Assembly (NCBI GenBank): GCA_043825735.1
Contig: JBDRRP010000107.1
Location: 248,001 to 312,000, forward strand
Length of the DNA: 64,000 bases
Origin: Pseudomonadota bacterium
GTDB lineage: Bacteria > Desulfobacterota > Desulfobacteria > Desulfobacterales > JBDRRP01
Reading direction: 5' to 3'
Shown here: positions 1-9,261 of the stretch, in pieces
Position numbering within the stretch: the stretch's first letter is position 1
Layout: the number at the start of each line of letters is the position of its first letter
Notes under the pieces: generated by a model
The model's input: the letters and a program-made list of their open reading frames with translations, nothing else
Told to the model about the DNA's origin: nothing
Database searches by the model: none
Program-made: the position numbers and the translations under genes

Positions 1-3
1 ATC

Positions 4-1647
4 ATGAATACCCATATGCGCATCAGATATCCCGTACTTCTCGTCCTGCCCGTCTTGATCGTTCTCGGGTGCTGTCTGTTTCAGCCCGCCGCTGATGCCA
101 GCGACGAGGAGCAGGCCCCGGGACGCACCATGGCTCAGCAGGCCGTCAAGGAAGTCAAACACTGGAATACGACGAACCATGCCAAGCACACCGCGCTTCA
201 GCAGGATTTCAAGAGCGGGGCGGAAGTCACCGCGGCCTGCCTGAGCTGTCATTCGGAGGCGGCCGACCAGTTCCATAAGACGATTCACTGGACATGGCTG
301 GTATCAGCGGAGGGCCGCAAATACGGCAAAGCCGGCAATTCCGTCAACAATTTCTGCATTTCGGCCAACGCCGGCGCCGACAAAGGCTGCTATTCATGCC
401 ACCCGGGCTGGGGCAACGACACCACCGGTGGCATCAACTGCCTCAACTGCCACAGCAGCAAAGCCATGAACTGGGAGGAGGCCTTCACCGACATCAACGC
501 CTTCTTGAAGGAGGCAGACCCCGAATCGCATGATCTCGCCAAAGAGCTCATCGCCGAAGTCCAGGCCTCCGCCCAGGCGGTGACCCTGCCTGCCCGCCAG
601 AACTGCGGCGAGTGCCACTTCAAGGGTGGCGGTGGTGACGGCGTCAAGCACGGGGATCTCGACACCTCGCTGGTCAAACCGAGCAAGGCGCTGGATGTGC
701 ACATGAGTGCCGAGGGGCAGAATTTCACCTGCGTCCGATGCCACACCACCTCGCTGCACAACATCTCCGGGCGGATTTACACCAACCCGGCGTTCAAGGA
801 CAGAAAGAGCCTCATCGAAGATGATCTGGCTCCGAAGATCACCTGTGAGTCCTGTCACAGCGCCACTCCGCACAAGGCCAATTCCAAGGCCAACGACCAC
901 ACGGATCGGGTCGCCTGCCAGAGCTGCCATATCCCCGCCTTTGCCAGAGAGCTGCCCACAAAGATGTCCTGGGATTGGGAAAAGTCGGGGAAACTCGAAA
1001 ACGGCAAGAAGGTCAAGCACAAAGGCGCCTTCGGCAAGGAAGACTATCTGACCATCAAGGGGGAGATGCGGTGGGAAAAAGACGTGACACCGGAATACTT
1101 CTGGTTCAACGGCGCCATCCGATCCACCACCGTCGCCGATACCATCGACCCCAGCGGTGTGGTTAAAGTCTCATGGCCCGATGGAGATCGCAGTGACCCG
1201 AACGCGCGGATCTTTCCCTTCAAAGTGCACCAGGGCAACCAGCCCTACGACAAGGTCAACAAGACCCTGTTGGCGCCGCTGCTGAGCGGTAAGGACGGCT
1301 ACTGGAACACGCTCGATTGGTCCGATGCCCTGGGGCGCGGGCAAAATGCTCTGGGGCTGCCTTTCTCCGGAGATTTCGGATTCGTGAAAACGACCTACGT
1401 ATTTCCCACCACCCACATGGTGGCGCCCAAAGAAAACGTCGTTGCCTGCACCGAGTGCCACACCCGCCAGGGGAGCCGGCTGGTGAACCTGGCTGGTTTT
1501 TACATGCCGGCACGCGATCGCTGGAATGCACTGGACGCCATTGGCTGGGTGGCCGTGCTGGGCGCACTGGTGGGCGTGACCCTCCATGGGCTTGGCCGCG
1601 TGTTCACCCGCTCGGCGAACGGCCACGGCCGCCGGAAGGAGGACTGA
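4..1647 (+). CDS. Octaheme c-type cytochrome, tetrathionate reductase (Otr)-like family, with C-terminal membrane anchor
   Basis: Eight CxxCH motifs (CLSCH, CYSCH, CLNCH, CGECH, CVRCH, CESCH, CQSCH, CTECH), N-terminal signal-like hydrophobic stretch, family motifs 'TIHWTW', 'NNFC', 'GGGGDGVKHGDLD', C-terminal TM helix. The start could be Met1 or Met5. Confidence 0.9.
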   Translation: MNTHMRIRYPVLLVLPVLIVLGCCLFQPAADASDEEQAPGRTMAQQAVKEVKHWNTTNHAKHTALQQDFKSGAEVTAACLSCHSEAADQFHKTIHWTWLVSAEGRKYGKAGNSVNNFCISANAGADKGCYSCHPGWGNDTTGGINCLNCHSSKAMNWEEAFTDINAFLKEADPESHDLAKELIAEVQASAQAVTLPARQNCGECHFKGGGGDGVKHGDLDTSLVKPSKALDVHMSAEGQNFTCVRCHTTSLHNISGRIYTNPAFKDRKSLIEDDLAPKITCESCHSATPHKANSKANDHTDRVACQSCHIPAFARELPTKMSWDWEKSGKLENGKKVKHKGAFGKEDYLTIKGEMRWEKDVTPEYFWFNGAIRSTTVADTIDPSGVVKVSWPDGDRSDPNARIFPFKVHQGNQPYDKVNKTLLAPLLSGKDGYWNTLDWSDALGRGQNALGLPFSGDFGFVKTTYVFPTTHMVAPKENVVACTECHTRQGSRLVNLAGFYMPARDRWNALDAIGWVAVLGALVGVTLHGLGRVFTRSANGHGRRKED

Positions 1648-1650
1648 CCC

Positions 1651-2301
1651 ATGAGCAAAGAAATGATCAATGTTTATCTGTACACCCGCTACGAACGGCT
1701 TTGGCACTGGCTGCAGGCCGCGTTCATCATCATCCTTCTGGTTACCGGATTCGAGGTGCACGGGACATTCAGTCTGCTGGGGTTCCAGAGGGCCGTCACC
1801 GTTCACAATGCCGTTGGACTGACCTGGCTGGTGTCCTTCTTTTTCTTCGTGTTCTGGCTGTTCACCACCGGTGAGTGGAAACAGTACATCCCCACGACCA
1901 AAAAAATGATTTCGGTCATCCGCTATTACGCCTACGGCATTTTCCGGGGAGAGGACCATCCGGTGCCCAAGCGAAAGGACGCCAAGCACAACCCGCTGCA
2001 GCGGCTCACCTACCTCTCTCTGGCGGCGTTCTTGCTGCCGCTGCAAATGGTGACCGGGTTTTTCTATTGGGGATACAACAATCTTGCCGCCTGGGGACTG
2101 CCCCAGATCAGTCTCGGCACCATCGCTTTTGTCCATATGGCCGGCGCCTTCGCGATCCTGCAGTTTCTGGTGATCCATATTTACATGACCACGACGGGGC
2201 ACAAGATCACCGCGCACGTCAAGGCCATGATCACCGGATGGGAGGAAATGGACCCCCAAACGGACATCGAAAGTTGGGAGAAAGCCAGAAAGCCCGCATA
2301 G
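1651..2301 (+). CDS. Cytochrome b/b6-domain membrane subunit (PhsC/Ni-hydrogenase cytochrome b-like)
   Basis: 'ERLWHWLQA', 'NPLQRLTY', 'HIYM' heme-b His motifs, 4 TM helices, GGAGG RBS, 3 nt after the octaheme gene. Confidence 0.88.
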   Translation: MSKEMINVYLYTRYERLWHWLQAAFIIILLVTGFEVHGTFSLLGFQRAVTVHNAVGLTWLVSFFFFVFWLFTTGEWKQYIPTTKKMISVIRYYAYGIFRGEDHPVPKRKDAKHNPLQRLTYLSLAAFLLPLQMVTGFFYWGYNNLAAWGLPQISLGTIAFVHMAGAFAILQFLVIHIYMTTTGHKITAHVKAMITGWEEMDPQTDIESWEKARKPA

Positions 2302-2331
2302 TGCGGGTTCTCCCCGCTACCCTCCACTATC

Positions 2332-2370
2332 TGGCCGGCCGGCCCTCGCCAGGGGGCCGGCCATTTTTTT
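2332..2370 (+). terminator. Rho-independent terminator
   Basis: GC stem (ggccggccc...gggccggcc) followed by a T7 run just after the cytochrome b gene. Confidence 0.75.
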
Positions 2371-2413
2371 GGGCATCTTGCATTATTCGGTGGCGCGCCC
2401 TATAGCATAGGCC

Positions 2414-3238
2414 ATGAGACACCTGCTGAAACTGAGTGCGATTATCGTGGCACTGCTGATGTGCACCGGCGTATCGGTTGCCGCCGATTTGACGCGGGCG
2501 TTCATGAACTGCACTTACCTGATTCAGAGCCACACGGTTTACGGTACGGCATTTGTCATCGGAGAGCCGGTGCCCGATGCCCCGAGCCGTTCCAACCTGG
2601 TGTTGGTGATGGCAGCCCATATCCTGGAGTCCATGCCCGGCGAAAAGGCCGTTTTGCACGCCCGTGTGCATGATGGTGACCGGTGGCGCAAAGTGCCGTG
2701 GCCGATCACCATACGTCATCAGGGACGGGCGCTGTGGACCCGGCATCCGGCGGTGGATATCGCCGCGCTTCGCGTGGCGTTGCCCCAGGGCTCCAGTGAA
2801 CGGGTGCCGGCTATTGACCTGGCTGCCACGGATGCCGATTACCATCGATTTGGGATCCAGCCGGGAGAGGCTGTTATGGTGCTGGGCTTTCCTTTGGCCA
2901 TGGGCAGCGGTGATGCCGGGTTTGCGGTTCTCAGAGGCGGACGTGTGGCCAGTTATCCGTTGACACCGATCAGGGCCGAAAAGACGTTTCTGGTGGATTT
3001 CCCGGTATTTCCAGGCAACAGCGGCGGGCCGGTCATCATGGAAAGCGCCGGGCGCGAGCTGTCCGATGGCACGCGGGCCGGGCGGGTGCAGATTCTGCTG
3101 GGGGTCGTTTCAAGGGAGGCGCTGTCCGTTGACACCGGGCCTGACGCAACGGCGACGATTGGTCGGCCGTTGTCGCTGGCCTGGGTCGTTCACGCCGACT
3201 TCATCCGAGATCTGATCGAAATGCTGCCGCCGCCCTGA
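2414..3238 (+). CDS. Secreted trypsin-like serine protease
   Basis: Signal peptide; catalytic triad contexts 'MAAHIL', 'DIAALR', 'PGNSGGP'. Confidence 0.85.
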   Translation: MRHLLKLSAIIVALLMCTGVSVAADLTRAFMNCTYLIQSHTVYGTAFVIGEPVPDAPSRSNLVLVMAAHILESMPGEKAVLHARVHDGDRWRKVPWPITIRHQGRALWTRHPAVDIAALRVALPQGSSERVPAIDLAATDADYHRFGIQPGEAVMVLGFPLAMGSGDAGFAVLRGGRVASYPLTPIRAEKTFLVDFPVFPGNSGGPVIMESAGRELSDGTRAGRVQILLGVVSREALSVDTGPDATATIGRPLSLAWVVHADFIRDLIEMLPPP

Positions 3239-3341
3239 GGCGGCAGCCAATATGAGCATAGCGCATTTTCGACAAGCATTTACAATTATGGATCAACTCC
3301 AAAAGGGTTGACCCCTTGAACCCTATATTTTTGGAGGCCCC

Positions 3342-3635
3342 ATGTACACCGTCAGTGTAGAATTCATCGTAGATACCGTCCACCGTCAGGGGTTCCTCGA
3401 TCGGGCCAAACGCCAAGCCATGGACTCGCTTGAAAACGAGTCCGAGTGCCACCAGTTCGATGTCTGCGTTGATCCTGACGACCGCGCCCGTTTTTTTTTC
3501 TACGAGGTGTATACTGACGCGGCCGCTTTTGCCGCGCACCGTGAAACGACCTATTTTGCAAGCTACAGCGCGGACACGGCGGACTGGGTCCGTGAGAAAA
3601 CGATTCACACCTGGGAGAAACAGGCATTGGTGTGA
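3342..3635 (+). CDS. Antibiotic-biosynthesis monooxygenase (ABM/LsrG-like) protein
   Basis: 97 aa, 'E.GC/ECHQFDV', 'FFFYEVY...AFAAHRET.YF'; GGAGG RBS. Confidence 0.85.
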   Translation: MYTVSVEFIVDTVHRQGFLDRAKRQAMDSLENESECHQFDVCVDPDDRARFFFYEVYTDAAAFAAHRETTYFASYSADTADWVREKTIHTWEKQALV

Positions 3636-3668
3636 GAAAGCAGGTTTTTAGGCCGAAGACTGAAGGCT

Positions 3669-3801
3669 GACAAACTCGCAAAAAATCTAAAATTACCACA
3701 GAGGGCGCAGAGAGCACAGAGATAACTGATTAATTATTAGGCATATTCTCTGCGGTCCTCTGCGGTCTCTGTGGTTCAAAATCACTTTTTACGGGACTAT
3801 C
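3669..3801. mobile_element. MITE-like palindromic element (copy 1 of a family; copy 2 at 41741-41872)
   Basis: Imperfect terminal inverted repeats gacaaactcgcaaaaa / tttttacgggactatc enclosing inverted 9-nt-period arms; near reverse-complement of 41741-41872. Confidence 0.7.
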
Positions 3802-3931
3802 AAAGCTGAAGGGCAGAACCTGTTACCGGGGCGGATTCCATTTGAACACGTCCTAATGGCCCCTCTTATGAACGGGTTCCCGAACCACGGCTGTCTCGCA
3901 CAACCGCCATCATCCAACCAGGAGGCAAATC

Positions 3932-4798
3932 ATGAACCGGCGTTCCCTCATTTTGGCTTTGCTGTTGTCGCTGGTGTGGGCTGTTCCGGTCTGGGCAAGG
4001 ACATCTGATTTTATCGAAGTCTATACCTACAACGCCGGGGAAAACGACAGCAAGCTCACCTGCCGCACCGTATCGCTCATCGAGGTCAAGCGCCTGCTGT
4101 TGGAAAAGATCGGCACCTATCTGGAGACCCGCACCGAGGTCAAAAATTTCGAGATCACCAGCGACGACATCATCGCGCTCACCGGCGGCATCGTCAAAAC
4201 GGAAATCCTCAAGGAGGAGTGGAACGGCGATTCCTACCGCCTGACCGCGCGCATCGAGGCCGACCCCGATGATATCGCCAAAAAAATTGACGAACTGAGA
4301 AAGACGACAGGGTCGGTGGACTCTGCCCGGCGGTTGGCGGAGGTCAACGTAGCGTCTCTGGAGCAACTCAGGGAGATGCAATCGGAGATGACGCGGCTTC
4401 AATCCAACCTCGTCAAGGTCAATCAGGACCTCAATGCCAACCAGGGGCTTCTGAATGCCTGGGGGCTTTATGAAAAGGGGGTCAACCTGAGGCAGACGGG
4501 AAATCCCCAGGAGGCCGTCGGGGTGATGACCCAGGCCCTTGCTGAAAATCCGACCGCCATGGGATTTTTCGAGCGGGGCATGGCGTATATGGAGCTTCAA
4601 ATGCCTGAAAAGGCCATTGCGGATTTCACTGCGGCGCTGGCCATCGAGCCGAACATGCGCGGCGCAATGTTCAAGCGGGGGCAAGTTTACCTGAAGCAGG
4701 GGCAGAAATCGGAGGCTGTCAGCGATTTCAAACGCGCGGCAGAACTCGGACACCCCCATGCACGAAAGTGGCTGAAGAAAAACCGATATTCATTCTGA
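3932..4798 (+). CDS. Secreted tetratricopeptide-repeat protein
   Basis: Signal peptide, coiled-coil middle, C-terminal TPRs ('AIADFTAALAIEP', 'AVSDFKRAAELG'); AGGAGG RBS. Confidence 0.8.
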   Translation: MNRRSLILALLLSLVWAVPVWARTSDFIEVYTYNAGENDSKLTCRTVSLIEVKRLLLEKIGTYLETRTEVKNFEITSDDIIALTGGIVKTEILKEEWNGDSYRLTARIEADPDDIAKKIDELRKTTGSVDSARRLAEVNVASLEQLREMQSEMTRLQSNLVKVNQDLNANQGLLNAWGLYEKGVNLRQTGNPQEAVGVMTQALAENPTAMGFFERGMAYMELQMPEKAIADFTAALAIEPNMRGAMFKRGQVYLKQGQKSEAVSDFKRAAELGHPHARKWLKKNRYSF

Positions 4799-5938
4799 GG
4801 CCAACTCTCTATACCCGATATCAGCCGCATTCACGATGCTGGGGGCGGCTGTCGGCGGTGCGTTGCCGAGAAACGGTGAGATGTCCTGCTGCTGCCAGGC
4901 AGGGTAGCCCTTCAGGATGCCGGCCACGTTGGCGGCTGCCAGAGCGGCCATGCCTTCCCGGGTCCAGCGGGTGGCCGAAGCGATGTGCGGGACGATGACC
5001 GCGTTTTCCAGATCGGCGAGACCGGGCGCGAGGGCCGGTTCGTTTTCAAAGACATCGAGACCCACCCGAAATGACGGGTGCCGCCGGCAGTGGGCCACCA
5101 GGGCCGCCTCGTCGATCACCGGACCGCGGCTCGTGTTCACCAGAACGGCGTTTTCTTTCATCAGCGCCAGACGCTCGGCGTTGATGAGGTGGCGGGTGGC
5201 GTCGTCCAGAACGGTGTGGATGCTCACGCAATCGGCCATTGCAAGCAATGCTTCGACGGTATCGGCCCGGCGGCAGGTCACGGACGGCTCGTCGCGGCTT
5301 CTCAGGTATTCGGCGTACGCGGCGACGGACTGCTCAAGATCGGCGTTCGGGTAGATGTCGTAGTAGAGTGCGTTCATCTTGAGGCCTTCCACCATCATGC
5401 GGGCATAGGCCGCGCCGATGCGACCGGCGCCGATGATGCCGACCGTTTTTCCGCGCAGGAGCTCGCCCATGAGCAGGGACGGCAGCCACCCGGTGTATCG
5501 CCCCCCGCGAAGAAACCGCTCGGCCTCCCCTAGGCGCCGGGCTGCGGCAAAGGTCAGGGCCACCGCCATTTCCGCCGTGGTCTCGGTGAGCACCCCGGGG
5601 GTGTTGCCTACGGGGATGCCGTGCCGGGTGGCAGCGGTCACATCCACATTGTTGTATCCCACCGCGTAGTTGCTGTATGCGCGTCCACCGGCCGCTTTAA
5701 GCGCGGCAAACAGATCCTCTCCCCAGACTTCGGTGAGCTGGCCGATGGCCCCGTCGCAGCGGTCTCCAATGGCCGCCCGGATGTCTTCGACCTCAAGCAC
5801 GCGGGTCTCGGGACAGACCTCAACGCAGCAGTCCGCCGCGGTGAGGATGTCCAGCCAGCGTTGGCCGGGCAGCATCTTGGTGACGATGACCCGGCGCCGC
5901 CCGGAAGGATTATGGGTCTGCCAGTCGATGGGTGCCAT
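4790..5938 (-). CDS. D-glycerate dehydrogenase / hydroxypyruvate reductase (plant HPR1-like D-2-hydroxyacid dehydrogenase)
   Basis: 'GIIGAGRIG' Rossmann motif, 'NTSRGPVIDE', 'GLDVFENEP', 'PHIASA'; N- and C-termini resemble recalled plant peroxisomal HPR. Confidence 0.88.
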   Translation of the reverse strand: MAPIDWQTHNPSGRRRVIVTKMLPGQRWLDILTAADCCVEVCPETRVLEVEDIRAAIGDRCDGAIGQLTEVWGEDLFAALKAAGGRAYSNYAVGYNNVDVTAATRHGIPVGNTPGVLTETTAEMAVALTFAAARRLGEAERFLRGGRYTGWLPSLLMGELLRGKTVGIIGAGRIGAAYARMMVEGLKMNALYYDIYPNADLEQSVAAYAEYLRSRDEPSVTCRRADTVEALLAMADCVSIHTVLDDATRHLINAERLALMKENAVLVNTSRGPVIDEAALVAHCRRHPSFRVGLDVFENEPALAPGLADLENAVIVPHIASATRWTREGMAALAAANVAGILKGYPAWQQQDISPFLGNAPPTAAPSIVNAADIGYRELASE

Positions 5939-5985
5939 GAATTCACCTCCTTTTCATCAGCGCGCTACATCACCGGAAAAGAAAA

Positions 5986-6369
5986 TTTTTCTCGCGCAGA
6001 GACGCAGAGGCGCAGCGGAAGGAATCGTAAAATCGGTTGTGATACCGGTGCGTCGTCACCAGTGATGAACTGTCGATCTCGTTTGTTTGGAGTCACTGCC
6101 CGTGGTGCATATTCTTTTTCGCTTGTCTTTGAAGCGCCAGTGTCGCCTCAACGCACACTGAATTATAGCCGCTTTTTGATCACAACTACGTTCACGAAGC
6201 ACACGAATTGCTTAATTGTCCATCGTTGTAAAAGTTTTTCGCCGTGACCTTCGTGTTCTTCGTGGCGAACCATTCAATGGCACGGATAACATCCACTTGA
6301 ACCTTCTTGAGAAGCGTAATCCTTTTTGCCCTTGAAATTCTCTGCGTCTCCGCGTCTCCGCGGGAAAAT
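5986..6369. repeat. Nested inverted short-tandem-repeat element
   Basis: Outer arms ctcgcgcagagacgcagaggcgcag (5991-6015) / ctctgcgtctccgcgtctccgcggga (6340-6365); inner arms cacgaagcacacgaa (6193-6207) / ttcgtgttcttcgtg (6250-6264). Confidence 0.7.
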
Positions 6370-6416
6370 CGGTTTTGTGTTACGCCGTTGCCGTGTGTTT
6401 TTCTAAACCTGAGCAC

Positions 6417-7439
6417 TCACTGTCGCTTGCGTGCCACCACCGATTCCACCGCTGCCATGATATGCGGCGCCGACATGCCGTATTTATCCAGCAAATCCAG
6501 GTACGGGCCCGATTCGGCGAAGGTGTCCTGCACACCGATGCGTTTCATGGGGGTGGGGATATTTTCAACCAAAAATTCAGCCACGGCACTGCCCAGACCA
6601 CCGAAAACCACGTTGTTTTCAGCGGTGACGATGGCGCCGGTCTCTTGTGCGGCCTTCAAAACAGCCGCCTCGTCCAGGGGTTTCAGTGTGGGGCAGTCGA
6701 TGACCCGCACCGCGATCCCTTTTTTGGCCAGCTGGGCTGCGGCCACCAGCGCATGCGCCGTGAGATCGCGCATGGCGATGATGGTGGCGTCGGTGCCTTC
6801 CCTGACGGTGACCGATTTGCCGATTTCAAACGGGTAGTCATCGGTGAAGAGCGCAGGCACCGGATCCCGGGTAAAGCTGAGGTAGACCGGCCCGTCGTAG
6901 GCGACGACCGCACGGGTGGCCATGGCGGTGGTGACCGCGTCCGCCGGGGCGATGACGGTCGAATTGGCCACCGCGCGCAGAATGCTCATGTCTTCCTGGC
7001 CCTGGTGCGTTACGCCATCGGGGCCGGGGGTGATGCCGCTGTGACTGGCGGCGATCTTCACGTTGAGTCTGGGATAGTGGATGCTGTTACGCACCTGATC
7101 CAGCGCCCGCATGCTGGCAAATACCGCATAGGTGCAGGCAAAGGGGATGAGCCCGGCGGTGGCCATGCCGGCGGCGGCGGCAAACATGTTCTGCTCGGCG
7201 ATGCCGAAGTTGAAGGCCCGCTCGGGAAACGTGTCGTAGAACTTCCGCGTGCCGATGGACTTTGAGACATCGGCATCGAGCACCACCACTTGAGGGTGCT
7301 CGGCGCCCACGGCAAGCAGGGTTTCGGCGAAGGCGGCGCGTGTGGGGGCTTTCTCGCCTTTGACAAACAGGGTGCCGGCCGCAAGCAGGGGAATTACTTC
7401 GGGGCGGACGTAACGATAGGGCGTCGGATTATTGCTCAC
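6417..7439 (-). CDS. Transketolase, C-terminal (pyrimidine-binding) subunit
   Basis: 'FGIAEQNM', 'GPDGVTHQ', 'GGLGSAVAE'; GTG start at 7439 with AGGAGG RBS, overlapping the upstream gene's stop. Confidence 0.9.
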   Translation of the reverse strand: MSNNPTPYRYVRPEVIPLLAAGTLFVKGEKAPTRAAFAETLLAVGAEHPQVVVLDADVSKSIGTRKFYDTFPERAFNFGIAEQNMFAAAAGMATAGLIPFACTYAVFASMRALDQVRNSIHYPRLNVKIAASHSGITPGPDGVTHQGQEDMSILRAVANSTVIAPADAVTTAMATRAVVAYDGPVYLSFTRDPVPALFTDDYPFEIGKSVTVREGTDATIIAMRDLTAHALVAAAQLAKKGIAVRVIDCPTLKPLDEAAVLKAAQETGAIVTAENNVVFGGLGSAVAEFLVENIPTPMKRIGVQDTFAESGPYLDLLDKYGMSAPHIMAAVESVVARKRQ

Positions 7440-8271
7440 AGCTGCACCTCCTGATCTCTGCCAGTGCCTGATCGGCCTGCTCCCGGCCGGGCGCCTTGCC
7501 ATGCCACTCACAGACGTTTTCCATGTAAGACACGCCCTTGCCCTTGATGGTATGGGCCAGAACAAAGGTGGGAATGCCCTTGCGCGTTTTGGCCCCTTCC
7601 AGGGCATCCACCACGGCGGCCATATCGTGGCCGTCGATCTCGGTGACGTGCCAGCCGAAGGCGCGCCATTTGTCGGCCACCGGTTCGATGGGCATAAGCT
7701 CGTCCACGTACCAGTCGTTTTGAAGGTTGTTGCGGTCCATGATGGCGGTGAGATTGTCCAGCTTCCAGGCGGACGCGCTCATGGCGGCTTCCCAGACAGA
7801 GCCTTCCTGGGACTCGCCGTCACCGATGACGACCCACACGTGGTAGTCTTTTTTTTGGAGTCGTCCGGCCAGAGCCATGCCCACGCCTACGGAGAGCCCC
7901 TGCCCCAGGGAGCCGGCGGTCATGTCGATGCCGGGCACCTTGTTCATGTCCGGATGCCCCTGGAGGATGCTCCCGAGGCGCCGCAGTGTACCCAGGTGCG
8001 ATTTGTCGAAAAAGCCGCGCTCGGCCAGGGTGGCGTACCAGACCGGGCAGGCGTGCCCTTTGGAAAGGATGAACCGGTCGCGTTCGGGCCAGCGGGGGTT
8101 TGCCGGGTCGATGTTCATCAGGCGGAAGTACAGGGCCGTGACGATATCGGTGGCCGACAGAGAGCCGCCCGGATGTCCGGCGCCGGCGGTGCAGATCATG
8201 TCGATGATGTCGCACCGAATGGTGGCGGCCATCTGTTTGAGTTCGTCGATGGTGAGCGGGGGTTGGTTCAT
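7429..8271 (-). CDS. Transketolase, N-terminal (TPP-binding) subunit
   Basis: 'GHPGGSLS', 'DRFILSKGH', 'GDGESQEGSVWEA...N' TPP motif. Confidence 0.92.
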   Translation of the reverse strand: MNQPPLTIDELKQMAATIRCDIIDMICTAGAGHPGGSLSATDIVTALYFRLMNIDPANPRWPERDRFILSKGHACPVWYATLAERGFFDKSHLGTLRRLGSILQGHPDMNKVPGIDMTAGSLGQGLSVGVGMALAGRLQKKDYHVWVVIGDGESQEGSVWEAAMSASAWKLDNLTAIMDRNNLQNDWYVDELMPIEPVADKWRAFGWHVTEIDGHDMAAVVDALEGAKTRKGIPTFVLAHTIKGKGVSYMENVCEWHGKAPGREQADQALAEIRRCSCEQ

Positions 8272-8286
8272 GATGGATGTGCTCCT

Positions 8287-9252
8287 TTACTTCAGGGAAA
8301 AAATCTCCGATTCGATAAATCGCCACGTTGCCAGGTAGTCTCCGGAGGCCATCAACTGGGCGATGCGCCCGCCATCGATGCGGTCCAGCAGGGCCCAGAT
8401 CCGATGGGTGATGCGGCTGTTGGCTTCGAAGGTGCCTCGGATGTCCCAGCGGGTCGGCGACGTGTCTGAGGTGAGATAGCCGGTGTATCCGTATTTCTTC
8501 AGGTAGTAGAGAAACTCCACGTACTCGAGAAAGTGCTTGGTGCCGCAAAAATAGTCCCAGTCCCATTTGCCGTCGTTGTCGTTGATGTGGATGTAATAGG
8601 GAAAGGGGCTTTCGGCCAGCATGACCAGGGCTTCGGCCGGGTTTTCATTGCCGTACATGGAATGGCCGAAGTCGAGGGTGACGCCCACGGCCGTGTTGCC
8701 GATGTCTTTCAAAAGGCACAGCGCCTTGGCCGCAGAATCGACGAAGCACCGCCCACGGGTCTCGCTGGGCTTGTATTCCACGAAAAGGGGGATCTCGGGC
8801 CGATAGGCCCCGGCTTCGGAAAATGCTTCCACCAGGCGGCGCCAGGCAACGGCGTAGTCGTTCTGGAAAGCGAATTCGTAGCCGTCTCCCAGGGGGCAGC
8901 ACGTGACCTTGTCGGCCCCGGCGGCGGCGGCGAAATCCTTGGCTTCATTTATGAACCTCACGGCCTTGGCGCGGATTGCGGCGTCCAGGGAAGTGATTCC
9001 GCCATTTCTGAATTCAGGCTCAGCCTTCACGTTGACGTTGACCGCCGCGATCGAGAGACCGTGCTTGCCCAGCAGCGAGCGGGTGAGCGCGGCGTCGGTG
9101 ACTTCGTACGGGTAGACGATCTCAACGCCGTCGTAGCCTTCGATCTGGGTCATGAGGGCGAACTTCTGGTCCAGCTCAAGCGGTGCGTTGTAGTCGTGGA
9201 AGCGGTCCTTGGTGCGAGAGAGAAATCCGGTAATGATGCCCATTTTCAGCAT
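8287..9252 (-). CDS. Xylose-isomerase-like TIM-barrel sugar isomerase (apiose/rhamnose isomerase-like)
   Basis: Metal-binding motifs 'VEYKPSE', 'LDFGH', 'HINDNDGKWDWD', 'DTSP'. Confidence 0.8.
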   Translation of the reverse strand: MLKMGIITGFLSRTKDRFHDYNAPLELDQKFALMTQIEGYDGVEIVYPYEVTDAALTRSLLGKHGLSIAAVNVNVKAEPEFRNGGITSLDAAIRAKAVRFINEAKDFAAAAGADKVTCCPLGDGYEFAFQNDYAVAWRRLVEAFSEAGAYRPEIPLFVEYKPSETRGRCFVDSAAKALCLLKDIGNTAVGVTLDFGHSMYGNENPAEALVMLAESPFPYYIHINDNDGKWDWDYFCGTKHFLEYVEFLYYLKKYGYTGYLTSDTSPTRWDIRGTFEANSRITHRIWALLDRIDGGRIAQLMASGDYLATWRFIESEIFSLK

Positions 9253-9261
9253 AATATCCTC

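Noticed and set aside
6192..6416. Small ORF in the nested repeat between tkt and hpr
   Set aside because: It is largely translated repeat arms, with no RBS or recognisable family
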